A stretch of DNA of 33,011 bases, taken from positions 1 to 33,011 of the IMG/VR virus record IMGVR_UViG_3300037439_000120; one strand, written 5' to 3'. Source of the stretch: a virus (Duplodnaviria > Caudoviricetes). Below, piece by piece: positions 15,737 to 24,117 of the stretch. The notes under the pieces are model-generated. The model was given only the letters and a program-made list of their open reading frames with translations, did not search any database and was not told the DNA's origin. Both the position numbers and the translations under genes were made by a program. Numbering within the stretch: the first letter of the stretch is position 1; each line of letters begins with the position of its first letter.

Positions 15737-16883
15737 TTAACCGTCCGCGTGCATTCTGCTAGCCAACTGAGCGCGCAGCGTGGCCGAGCCGAACAGAACG
15801 TCTATCCTGCACGGGTGCATATCATTGTTGATGTCGTAGGCACGGATGATGCGCATGCTGATGCCGTCGTAGACCTCACGGGCTGCAAACGACACACCTT
15901 CGGGCAGGATGAGATCGGCCGTACCGAAGCAGAACGCGTCCTTGTGATAGCCCATCGAGCTGGTCAGCAGTTCGCTCGCCCCGGCGCCGATCTTGTTGAC
16001 GGCCCCCGTGGTGGTCGGGCTCGCGGCCACGTTCTGCGCACCGCCGCTCGTGATGATGGACGGCGAAATTGCCAGCGTCGTTGCATTGGCGCCGGAGTCC
16101 GCCGTGATGACGAACTGCTGCAGCTGGCCGGTGTCGACCTTGGTTTCCGGATGGACTCGGTTGCAGCCCGCGAGCGTGATCACGTCTCCTTTCAGGAACG
16201 TCGTGGTGCCTGTACCCACCGTCAGCGAGGCGCCGGTCTGATTGGCGCCATTGACGTTGTACAGCGTGTCGCCCTCGACAGCCGTTCCGGTCGTGTGATC
16301 CAGCACATGGGTCGACTGGAAGAAATCGAACATGGCCGACTTGCCCATGCGGCCTTCCTTGTACTGCATGGACAGGACGTCCTGCGGGTTGAACAATCCC
16401 TTGATCTGATCCACCAGCCCGACCTGGTGCGTGGTCGACAGCAGCATCGTGCGCTGCTCGTCTTCCGGCGCCAGACTGTCGTCCAGCTTCTGCTTTGCCA
16501 GCAGAATGCTTCTCAGCGTTGGCGCCACGCCGTTCTGGTTGACGAGGTTGTAGACATCCTTGTAGCGCGCCGTCCAGACGGTGGATTCCATGTAGGCGGC
16601 AATCGTCGCCATCGCGGGCGTGATGATGCGCTCGCTGAACTGATCCAGGTCCAGCGTCAGTTCGGTGGACGTGAAGTTGATGTCCACGCCCGCCTGATTG
16701 CTGATCTGGAACGTGACGTTCCGCTCGACGTTGTCCTGCACGCTCAGCGTGCGACCCGTACGAATCGTGTACTGGTTCGGCAAGCGGATACGCAGGGTGT
16801 CGCCGATTTTCGCGCCTTCCTGGGCGAACTGGTTGTCGTAACCTCGGTTGATGGAGCCGATGAATCGGAGTTTTTGGTGGAGT
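15737..16883 (-). CDS. major capsid protein (P22 coat gp5 family), exon 2
   Basis: The frame stays open 33 codons upstream of the ORF-track start: (A)CTC CAC CAA AAA... = LHQKLRFIGSINRGYDNQFAQEGAKIGDTLRIRLPNQY. Ends YDINND..PCRIDVLFG, typical of P22-type coats. Confidence 0.92.
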
Positions 16884-17753
16884 CCTGATGTTCAACGAGG
16901 CTCGCTAGTTCCTCGCCCGTTCCTTTCGGAACCGCTGCATGTTTCCATGCAGAGCAGACTATCTCATGACCCTTTTGGGGTCCGATGCACTTCGGGCCGC
17001 TTGGCCCTACGAGCTTGCGCTCTAGTCGTTACACCTTACCTGATGCGGGCAAACACCACCGTTGCGGTGCTTCCCCACGTTGCAATTCATGCACAGAACC
17101 TGAAAGTCTGGCGGAAATCCGCCCTTCTTCAGCCACCGATAGAAATCGGCGGAATGGCCATGCACACCCTCTTTTCTGAGTTTGCTGCCATTGTTCTGTA
17201 GGTGATCGATTGTGAGAAAAGCTCGCTCGGTCTCTCCGCAGCATCTGCATATCCATCCGCCGTAGGCGGTAAAGACTTCGTCTTTGAGCGCTGCGTTCAA
17301 CCGTTTCGTCTTTGCTCGGTCCTTTGCTCTTAATGTCTCCAGTTCTCCGGGAGACATCTTTGCCTTCAACTCGCGCCAACGAGAAGCCATTTTCTGGCGA
17401 TATGCATCGCCCTGTCTGGCCCTGTATCGTCGTGAGTATTCCGCTTTCAGTTCCGCAGGCTTGTTCCGTTGACTTGCCGCCATGTATGCCTGAAGGCATG
17501 GGCGGCACAGCCATTTTCGGCCTGCAGTGTCTGCGGTGCTGTAGGTCGCGCCACATTTTCGACACTCGGCCTGCTGCGGATTGGCTATGAGCTTTAATCG
17601 ATACCTCTGTGCTTTCGTCAGGTCTTGGCTCGGTGTTGCCATGCTTTGTTCTTTCATACTTCATCAGAAGTTTACCTCAAACAAAGGTTAGGGTTTCACC
17701 GAATTCACATCGTTCTTCGATGCGCGTTCCCGCGCAAAGGGGCTACTCAGTTA
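16884..17753 (-). mobile_element. group I intron (IA-like, 870 nt) in the major capsid gene
   Basis: Exon 1 ends in U (CGGGT); the intron ends in G (CATCAGG). IGS GAGTAGCCC pairs with the 5' exon (GGGU, U-G wobble) and the 3' exon (ACUC). P GAATTCGGTGAAA, Q GGCAACACCGAGCCAAG, P7 GACTA(17027-23)/TAGTC(16961-57), P3 CGATGT/GCATCG; P7.1, P7.2, P8, P9, P9.1 and P9.2 hairpins present. Confidence 0.93.
17022..17657 (-). CDS. intron-encoded HNH homing endonuclease
   Basis: N-terminal CxxC..CxxC and basic helices; C-terminal YGG..C.CCGE....FLTIDH..N.G......FQVLC.NCN..K. The ORF overlaps the Q element and ends inside P7. Confidence 0.88.
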   Translation of the reverse strand: MKEQSMATPSQDLTKAQRYRLKLIANPQQAECRKCGATYSTADTAGRKWLCRPCLQAYMAASQRNKPAELKAEYSRRYRARQGDAYRQKMASRWRELKAKMSPGELETLRAKDRAKTKRLNAALKDEVFTAYGGWICRCCGETERAFLTIDHLQNNGSKLRKEGVHGHSADFYRWLKKGGFPPDFQVLCMNCNVGKHRNGGVCPHQVRCND

Positions 17754-17806
17754 ACCCGCAGAGCCTCCCTCGTAATCTGATCGACCGTGAGAATCGTATT
17801 AGCCAT
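17754..17806 (-). CDS. major capsid protein, exon 1 (MANTILTVDQITREALRV)
   Basis: AGGAG RBS at 17813-17, ATG at 17806. 53 nt + 1147 nt = 1200 nt, an in-frame 399-aa coat protein; unspliced it stops after 19 codons. Confidence 0.92.
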
Positions 17807-17838
17807 TTTCAGCTCCTAAGAGCTGCGTGGCCCCGCAT

Positions 17839-18696
17839 CTACCGAGATTGGCGCTTCGCCCGAATCTCTTTGGTTCGATGTTGCATCCAATCGTCGATGG
17901 ACAGTTTACGGGGATCGATCTCCCCACCTGCTCCACCACCGATTGGCGTCGGCGGGGCCGGCGCAGCGGTGACTTTCGGGGGAGGAGCTGGACGCGATAG
18001 CTCGGCGGCGATGCGGCCGAGGCTGGCTAGGCGCGCGGGAACGGACTGACCTGCCAACTTTGCCACCAATGCAGGTGACTTGGCGATGTGATAGGCGAGC
18101 TGCGGACCCATCTCGTCGGCCTTGATGGCCTCGAGAAAGTCGCCGTTGAAGAAGTTCAACGCTGGATTTCGGATCACGTCGGCGTAGTCCGGGGTCTTCT
18201 CAGCGAACGCCTGTTGACGCTGCTCGAATTGACCATCCAACGCCCGCAATCGGGCCTCTTCACTGGCTTTCGCATGCCGCTTATCGGCTGCAGTTTCCGC
18301 GTCCTTCTTCGCCTGTTCGGCGATCTGCTGGATGCGCTTTTCGGTCTTGCGGTCGTTCCAGGCGGAATACGCCTTGGTGTACGTCTTGGGATCGTCGAAC
18401 GCATCCGCATCGGGCTCAGGATCGGGGGTCTCCTGAACAGGAGCGGGGACTGCCTGTCGGTCTCGTTCCTCGAAGCGCTGACGCCAATACTCGCCGTACT
18501 CTTGTGCGGCCTTCGCTCGTGCGTTCAGTTCCTCGATACGCTCCTGGGCCCGGCTGGGCCTTGCGCCGTCTGGAGCGTCGGCGATCGCCGCTTGCGGTGC
18601 GGCACCCGAAGTCACCTGATCAGGAGCTGGGGAAGCTGCTGCGGCTGGTGGAGCCGTGTCCTCTTGCGCTGGGACAATAGCGATTTCGTCGGGCAT
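17839..18696 (-). CDS. scaffolding protein
   Basis: 285 aa with a Pro/Ala-rich N-terminus, AQERI.EL, coiled coil, GPQLAYHIAK.P, a PPP tail and basic C-terminal helix; directly upstream of the coat gene. Confidence 0.88.
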   Translation of the reverse strand: MPDEIAIVPAQEDTAPPAAAASPAPDQVTSGAAPQAAIADAPDGARPSRAQERIEELNARAKAAQEYGEYWRQRFEERDRQAVPAPVQETPDPEPDADAFDDPKTYTKAYSAWNDRKTEKRIQQIAEQAKKDAETAADKRHAKASEEARLRALDGQFEQRQQAFAEKTPDYADVIRNPALNFFNGDFLEAIKADEMGPQLAYHIAKSPALVAKLAGQSVPARLASLGRIAAELSRPAPPPKVTAAPAPPTPIGGGAGGEIDPRKLSIDDWMQHRTKEIRAKRQSR

Positions 18697-18749
18697 AGAT
18701 TACTCAAGTGATGCACTGAACGCCAGTGCGGGCGGAATTCGAATCACTA

Positions 18750-18781
18750 GAAAGCAAAAGCCCCGCACTTGGCGGGGCTTT
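18750..18781 (-). terminator. rho-independent terminator (probably bidirectional) closing the moron cassette
   Basis: AAAGCCCCGC-5 nt-GCGGGGCTTT with T-rich tails on both strands. Confidence 0.85.
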
Positions 18782-18799
18782 GTTTGTTTCGTTCGGGGC

Positions 18800-19021
18800 T
18801 CAGCTATGCGTGAGCTTGCTCATTGGACTTGATCGGGATACCCCGGGAGGCTCTAGCTCTGCCCAATGGGTTATCAGGTCGCTGGCATACTCATAATTGG
18901 CGGAGTCATGCCACCCCCTGCTGTCATTCCACATCAGGATGCTCATATGCCCGTACGAGTTACAAACCAGCACGGGGCGAGGGCTATCCGGCATTCGCTC
19001 TTTGCATAGAATCCAATTCAC
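18800..19021 (-). CDS. DUF551-like phage protein
   Basis: GTG start overlapping the upstream stop; W I.C.ERMP...VLV...W....ITHW..L.PP signature. Confidence 0.75.
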   Translation of the reverse strand: MNWILCKERMPDSPRPVLVCNSYGHMSILMWNDSRGWHDSANYEYASDLITHWAELEPPGVSRSSPMSKLTHS

Positions 19022-19224
19022 TTCTGCCGGCCTCGCTCCTCCGCCTCGTACAGCATGGCCAGTGCACCACACGCATTTACTAGCGCCATCCGCACATAGC
19101 TTTCAGTCGTGCTCTGGCGTCTACGCTTCCACAACTCCGAAAGGTCGGCAATCTCGTCTAGGTGCTCGGCGATGTGATCGCGCACCAACATGACCTGACC
19201 TCTCTCGGCGATGTTGGTGCTCAC
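19018..19224 (-). CDS. hypothetical protein
   Basis: 68-aa helical ORF with GTGA overlaps on both sides. Confidence 0.55.
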   Translation of the reverse strand: MSTNIAERGQVMLVRDHIAEHLDEIADLSELWKRRRQSTTESYVRMALVNACGALAMLYEAEERGRQK

Positions 19225-19304
19225 GGCCTGCGTCCTCGCTTCTCCGCCTCCAGTCGCTCGTCGAACTCCTTGCGCTGCTGTTTGCGGTGTTCGGCGGGAG
19301 TCAT
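19221..19304 (-). CDS. 27-aa charged peptide (MTPAEHRKQQRKEFDERLEAEKRGRRP)
   Basis: Manual translation; its stop overlaps the next GTG start (GTGA). Confidence 0.4.
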   Translation of the reverse strand: MTPAEHRKQQRKEFDERLEAEKRGRRP

Positions 19305-19329
19305 GGGTTTCGGGGCGGCGGGTGGTTGA

Positions 19330-19629
19330 TTAGGTTTCATTTGCGATACTCGGCAATTCGATAGTAGTGACCCCGTCTGTCTTGTAGACGATGGACCCGT
19401 CCTGGCAGAGTTCTACTTCCATGATGTCGGCCTTCGGCAGGTCCTTCGGGTCGCCTTCGAACTTTGGGAAGTCCAAGGTGAACGAGTCCACCTTGAACTC
19501 GATCTCGGTTGCATCCGGGTACTGATGTTTCCATCGTACCCCGGGGTCGATACCGCGAATCTCGTCCTCAAAGGCGTCCCGTCTGATAGACGCAAACTGC
19601 TGCGGATCAACGGTTATGACCTTCTTCAC
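19330..19629 (-). CDS. hypothetical acidic protein
   Basis: GTG at 19629 (MKKVITVDPQQF) with GGAGG upstream; part of ORF 19330..19740. Confidence 0.6.
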   Translation of the reverse strand: MKKVITVDPQQFASIRRDAFEDEIRGIDPGVRWKHQYPDATEIEFKVDSFTLDFPKFEGDPKDLPKADIMEVELCQDGSIVYKTDGVTTIELPSIANET

Positions 19630-19852
19630 TGCGCCTCCGCTCCACTTCCTCCAAGCCCCACCAGATCGCCCGCAACTGCCCTTCAAGCATCGCAATATAC
19701 AGGCCCATTGCCGAGCTGATGGCCCGCTCGGTGCATTCAAAGCGCGCCTTATCTCTCTGGGTCCGGGCCTCGCTTTCCCTCAGCTGTCGCTCAGCGTTGC
19801 GAATCCACTCCAGGCATTCGGCGTGCTCGGCGTCGGTCATGGGCTCATTCAT
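19607..19852 (-). CDS. hypothetical coiled-coil protein
   Basis: ATG at 19852 (MNEPMTDAE) overlapping the upstream gene end. Confidence 0.55.
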   Translation of the reverse strand: MNEPMTDAEHAECLEWIRNAERQLRESEARTQRDKARFECTERAISSAMGLYIAMLEGQLRAIWWGLEEVERRRSEEGHNR

Positions 19853-20045
19853 CGCCGCACCACAGCGGCCGGCCGTTCTCATCCTCTATCCGGTCAATCT
19901 TGGCGCCTGTACGAATGACAGTAATCGATTCGTTACGAGCACCATCGTCTGACCATGCCGAAAGAATGAGAACCCCACCATCAACCTCAATGGTCCACTT
20001 TCGCTCATTTACTGGGGCATCAGGATTTTCGATAGTCAGATTCAT
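19845..20045 (-). CDS. hypothetical protein
   Basis: 66-aa ORF with an ATGA overlap. Confidence 0.55.
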   Translation of the reverse strand: MNLTIENPDAPVNERKWTIEVDGGVLILSAWSDDGARNESITVIRTGAKIDRIEDENGRPLWCGDE

Positions 20046-20410
20046 CGCGAGCCCCCGAACGGATGCAGCCGCAGCCGAATGGACGCGCCATACTCACCGC
20101 GATCACTGACGCGAGCGCTTTCCTGGTAGAACACCGAGAAGTCGAGCTTCACTGCGCGCATATCGATCTCGTAACCCAGAGCCGGGCGGACGTACGGATT
20201 AAATACGTCCCGCTCGATACTGTCGATTTGGCGGATCATGTTCCGCTGCAGGAATGGCTCGTTGCCATTCGCCGGCAGAACATACAGCGATTCGCCGTAG
20301 GACGATTCCGAGTACGAGCGCCCTCGGTCCTTAATGAAGTCAGCGCCGACATCCAGATACAGGTTTGACCAGCTGAAACAGGCGATCAGGGTGGCTAGGG
20401 TGCAGTCCAC
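20042..20410 (-). CDS. hypothetical protein with amphipathic beta-strand pattern
   Basis: 122 aa with alternating strands (LYLDVGADF, YVRPALGYEI, VKLDFSVFY, GASIRLRLHPF). Confidence 0.55.
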   Translation of the reverse strand: MDCTLATLIACFSWSNLYLDVGADFIKDRGRSYSESSYGESLYVLPANGNEPFLQRNMIRQIDSIERDVFNPYVRPALGYEIDMRAVKLDFSVFYQESARVSDRGEYGASIRLRLHPFGGSR

Positions 20411-20411
20411 G

Positions 20412-20597
20412 TCAGGCTCCTCGCCACTTCAGGAAGCATCGAACGCATCTCCCGAAACACAGCAAGTCGTGTTGCCGTCCATCATCGGCGACAATCCTGT
20501 AGCCGCAATCGCAGCACCCTACGGCAGCATTCCGCAGCCCGGAAGCATCTTTTCCGGGATCGCCAAACAGGGACCTAGCTAGGTCGTGCATCGTCAT
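20412..20597 (-). CDS. small Cys-rich (zinc-binding-like) protein
   Basis: 61 aa with CCDC and CxxxCxxC; ATGA overlap with the RHH gene. Confidence 0.5.
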   Translation of the reverse strand: MTMHDLARSLFGDPGKDASGLRNAAVGCCDCGYRIVADDGRQHDLLCFGRCVRCFLKWRGA

Positions 20598-20746
20598 GTC
20601 CCTGCCTGCCGAGTTGCTATGGCATGAATGAGATATTCATTGACCGCGCGACGAATCAGTTCCGCAACTGGTACCCCGGACTTCTTGGATATCTTTCGCA
20701 GCGTGGCAAGGACTTCCTTGTTGAAATGTACGTTTGTTCGAATCAT
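20594..20746 (-). CDS. ribbon-helix-helix (Arc/CopG/MetJ-like) regulator, 50 aa
   Basis: Manual translation MIRTNVHFNKEVLATLRKISKKSGVPVAELIRRAVNEYL...; below the ORF-track cutoff. Confidence 0.85.
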   Translation of the reverse strand: MIRTNVHFNKEVLATLRKISKKSGVPVAELIRRAVNEYLIHAIATRQAGT

Positions 20747-20753
20747 GGGTGCC

Positions 20754-20781
20754 ACTATACACACCCAGGCACACGATGCAA
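20754..20781 (-). promoter_or_regulatory. sigma70-type promoter, probably giving a leaderless RHH mRNA
   Basis: TTGCAT-16 nt-TATAGT, then 7 nt to the ATG; no SD. Confidence 0.6.
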
Positions 20782-22866
20782 CTACACCACCCGCGCTTCG
20801 ACCCGCCTAGGCTCTCTAGGCTGCGCCAATTCATTTCCGCCCTGCATGTACTTCATCAGCTGCATCCGCCCCGTCTTGGGATCGACGCCGATCTCGCCGG
20901 CTATCTGCATGTTCGACAGCATCTGCCCGACGGTCTCGGCAATGAGCTTCTGCAGCTGCTGCGGCTTCATTTGCGCATCGATCGATGCGTTCGCCGTGTC
21001 GATATGCGCCTTCTGCGCCTGTGCCATGGACTTGGAGGCGTCGGCGTTGAGCTTCTGCAACAACGCCTCCTGCATCGGATCGGGTGGCGGCGGACCCTGC
21101 GGCCGCGCTGCCTTCTCGTCGTCCGTTAGCTGATCCTCGGGAATGACGCCCTGCTGGATGAGCGGGATGCGCAGGCGGCGTTCGAGTTCGTCGGCACCCT
21201 GGAAGTCCAGGCTCTTGGCAATCAGATCGCTCGCCATCGTCTTTACGGCCTCGGACGTCGAGGCGAACTTCAACAGGTAATCAGCGGCCTGCTGTCTCTG
21301 TGTGGTGTAGGCCGGGCCCACATCCACCGTCACATCATAGCGGCCCTGCGAGATATCGTTGACAAGCTTCCCATCCTGGCCACGCTGGTTGATGGTCTCG
21401 AACGCCTCTTTGCCATCGATGCCAAGGATGCGCACCACGCGTTCGCCGTCGTACACCTTCGGGATCATGTCCACGAGGATTTCACCGGTGTACTTAATGG
21501 ACTCCGAAAGGTTATCAATGAACTCGTACGAGCTGACATCGCCCTCAGTGTTTCGCTGGCGGATGGCGCCGGGCAACTCATTCGCCTGGGGCTCGCCGAG
21601 ACTTGGGCCGAACTTGCCCGTACTGGCCTTGATGTCGTCGGCCGCCTGTGCAGACAGCGCGATAAGCGCTTGCGGAATTTCCGGCATCGGCTCGCGTGTG
21701 GGCTTGCCTCCATTGGGCGCGTTCTGGACTTGGTTGTAGTACAAGAACAGCGGGTTCTTGGCGTTAGCCTCACGCCACTGATTCTCGAATCCCTTAATCG
21801 TCGTCGGCGTGATGATGTACGGCGAGCGCGGCACCATGGCCACGGCCTCAATCTCCGCCGTACGAGCACCGTTGTACGCCTTCTGCGGGTCTTTCGCCTT
21901 CCTCACTAGTCCGCGGTACTTGCGCTTGCCCTCGATGTTCGTCACGCGGCCGTAGACCGGAACAATAGGGATGTACTTCCACTCGTAGTCGATCGGTCCG
22001 TCGATGATTCCCGCGCCGGATATCTTCCACCAGCGAACGAATGTCGTATCGGCCTCGCGCTTCTTCAACACGCGAATCGGCTTGATGCCCGAGCCCGGAG
22101 GTGGATCGAGCAACTCGTCCTCAATCGCCTTGATCGCGTCGTAATCGATCACACGACCGTCATCGAGCAGTGCCAGCGTCTTCTTCCGCCGCATGCGCTT
22201 GTAGTACTCGGCGACGCGGACCTCTTTCTCGTTCAGCCAATCGTGATCGTGGTGCGACAGGTCGAGATCGGAGGGGGTCGCGTCGGGATACTGCGCGTCA
22301 TAGGCATCCCTGGCCATGCGCTCAGTGACCAGCGCCCACCCGGCATCGCGCTTCAGGAAGTCCTTCGCCGACGGGTCGAAGTGCACCGTGAATGGGTTCT
22401 CGATGCGCTCGATGCACAACTCCTGATCGAAGCTATCCTCTACAAACTTCGGGTACACGCGCCAGGCGCCGAAGCCACCCTTCAGGGCAAAGTCAAAGCC
22501 CGTGTTGTAGGCCGTCTTGGCCGAGGAATTGCGCTCGATGGCGCGGATCAGGCCCTCGAATATCTCCGCCTTCTTCCGGTCCGACTTGTTATCGATCGGC
22601 AGTACCTTGATCTGCGGCGTGTTCTGTCGTTGGTCACCCTTGACCTGATCAATGCTGATCGATGTGCGGTCGAAGGTGTAGCACGGCCGTGGGCCACGAT
22701 TCCGACGCGTGTCGTCATCCCACTGCGCGCCTTCCTCGTCGACGAACCGGATGTCGTCCAGTGCGAGTTCGCGGTTCTCGCCGTCAGCAGTGATGGAGCG
22801 CGAGTAACACTCTTTGACCTCGGCCAAGAGCTTGGTCGAGACTTCGGCGTTCGTGGGGCGCGGCAT
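20782..22866 (-). CDS. portal protein (P22-like)
   Basis: 694 aa: D.RF....G.QWD, R.C.T.D, G.QRQN.P.IKV.P, GGFG.WRV, IPIVPVYG, GLVR.AKDPQ..YN, GRYDVTVDVGP.Y.TQRQ, and a C-terminal barrel helix. Confidence 0.95.
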   Translation of the reverse strand: MPRPTNAEVSTKLLAEVKECYSRSITADGENRELALDDIRFVDEEGAQWDDDTRRNRGPRPCYTFDRTSISIDQVKGDQRQNTPQIKVLPIDNKSDRKKAEIFEGLIRAIERNSSAKTAYNTGFDFALKGGFGAWRVYPKFVEDSFDQELCIERIENPFTVHFDPSAKDFLKRDAGWALVTERMARDAYDAQYPDATPSDLDLSHHDHDWLNEKEVRVAEYYKRMRRKKTLALLDDGRVIDYDAIKAIEDELLDPPPGSGIKPIRVLKKREADTTFVRWWKISGAGIIDGPIDYEWKYIPIVPVYGRVTNIEGKRKYRGLVRKAKDPQKAYNGARTAEIEAVAMVPRSPYIITPTTIKGFENQWREANAKNPLFLYYNQVQNAPNGGKPTREPMPEIPQALIALSAQAADDIKASTGKFGPSLGEPQANELPGAIRQRNTEGDVSSYEFIDNLSESIKYTGEILVDMIPKVYDGERVVRILGIDGKEAFETINQRGQDGKLVNDISQGRYDVTVDVGPAYTTQRQQAADYLLKFASTSEAVKTMASDLIAKSLDFQGADELERRLRIPLIQQGVIPEDQLTDDEKAARPQGPPPPDPMQEALLQKLNADASKSMAQAQKAHIDTANASIDAQMKPQQLQKLIAETVGQMLSNMQIAGEIGVDPKTGRMQLMKYMQGGNELAQPREPRRVEARVV

Positions 22867-23582
22867 TAGGCGAAGTCAGCGCAAACGTTGTGCGTGTCGG
22901 TGTATGGCGCGGGCTTGGTCGTGGCGAGGCTGAGGCCGGACACTACGAGATACCTAGTCGCGTCCATCAAATGGTCATTCGATTTCACGATCCTGCCTTT
23001 CTCGTCTCTGCGATATATCCGGTATTCCATCAGCCAATTTTGAAGCGTCTTGAAGACCTTCAGCTTGCCTGCCGAGAATCGCTCCCACATTGAGTACAGC
23101 CCTGATTCAACGGCGTTGTCAGCCTCAGTCAGGTTGAGACCAAGGTCTCGATAGTCGGCAATGAGTTGCCGACCGTCCGCTTGCGCTCTACCGCGCGCCG
23201 CAGGATCAATGACACCTTGCAGCCAGTCGCCGCGAGACCTGATCGCCGTAGCATGAATCGATGGCTCTGCTTGCCCTCGGTAATATTCCGAGTACAGATA
23301 GACCGTCTCAGATTCTCGATCTATTGCACCCCAAATAGCGGCTGTTCGCGCCCAGCCAACATCCAGCGCGTAGACCCTAGGCCAGTGCTCTGGGATTTCG
23401 AAGTTTTCAACAACCAGCTCGCTTTCACCGATAGGGAATATCGCGCCGCTGCCAAGTTGAGGCACGCCGCGCGTACGGCTGTCTCGTTGCCATGGTGGGA
23501 TACTCCCAAGCAACGCGCTCTTTTGGTCTTCGCTCAGGTGTGGACTGTGGTCCCAATCAGCAAAGACGACCGCCTTAGACAT
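22866..23582 (-). CDS. terL: terminase large subunit, C-terminal part (ATPase lid + RNase H-like nuclease)
   Basis: WD.SPHL....K..L....PPWQRD.R..G.P.LGSG.IFP; ALDVGW, DPA, NDHLMDATRY. Confidence 0.9.
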   Translation of the reverse strand: MSKAVVFADWDHSPHLSEDQKSALLGSIPPWQRDSRTRGVPQLGSGAIFPIGESELVVENFEIPEHWPRVYALDVGWARTAAIWGAIDRESETVYLYSEYYRGQAEPSIHATAIRSRGDWLQGVIDPAARGRAQADGRQLIADYRDLGLNLTEADNAVESGLYSMWERFSAGKLKVFKTLQNWLMEYRIYRRDEKGRIVKSNDHLMDATRYLVVSGLSLATTKPAPYTDTHNVCADFA

Positions 23583-24117
23583 GTCGTGACAGCAGGAACT
23601 GAATAAGGGACTTCTTTCCCTTCATGGAGTTGTTCCGTGCGCTGGTTACAGCGAGATTCGGCCACTCATTAGACCCGCCGCTGTTTAAAGCCACTACGTG
23701 ATCCAGCGTGGGAGTGGAAATCAGTTCTCCGCTGTATACATCCATGTACCTATCCCCAAATCTGTACTGCTCAAGTGCATACGAGACATTTTCCGCACTG
23801 GCAACTTTGCCGAGCGACCTAAGCTTGTACTGCCTCGCCTTTTGATGAATGGCGCGATACTTCTTGATCCGAACTGTCTTCCGCTTTGCTCTTTGTTTCT
23901 TGGCAGCTTTGGCACGGCTCAAAGCGCGATACTCGGCGTTCGTGGCAAATCGCTTGCGCTCGCTAGCTAGTTTTGCCTGCCTCGCCCTCTCCGGATGCCT
24001 CGCTCGATACACGGCCGTGTTTCTAGCTTTCTTGGCGATGACCTCTGGGAGCGCCTTCCGCCTGTTATATGAGGCGCGTTTACATTCAGCGGCCTTCTCT
24101 GGATCTTTGTATGGCAT
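23575..24117 (-). CDS. HNH endonuclease inserted between the two terL halves
   Basis: MPYKDPE and Arg/Lys-rich helices, then TLDHVVAL..GGSN...NL.......N..KG.K. Confidence 0.88.
   Translation of the reverse strand: MPYKDPEKAAECKRASYNRRKALPEVIAKKARNTAVYRARHPERARQAKLASERKRFATNAEYRALSRAKAAKKQRAKRKTVRIKKYRAIHQKARQYKLRSLGKVASAENVSYALEQYRFGDRYMDVYSGELISTPTLDHVVALNSGGSNEWPNLAVTSARNNSMKGKKSLIQFLLSRHV

Noticed and set aside
15737-16783. ORF-track start of the capsid protein at TTG 16783
   Set aside because: Coat-like sequence continues upstream to 16883 and joins exon 1 at 17754..17806, which has the SD and ATG.
15671-16888. 405-aa + strand ORF
   Set aside because: Antisense shadow of the coat gene in high-GC codon usage; it closes at the intron boundary and has no motifs.
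15876-16895. 339-aa minus-strand ORF overlapping the coat gene
   Set aside because: Alternative frame rich in Arg/Gly/Pro with no family features; the coat frame explains the region.
23575-24117. Group I/II intron or intein around the terL HNH
   Set aside because: No non-coding flanks, no GACTA/TAGTC P7 pair or GUGYG start seen, and no Cys/Ser...His-Asn intein ends.
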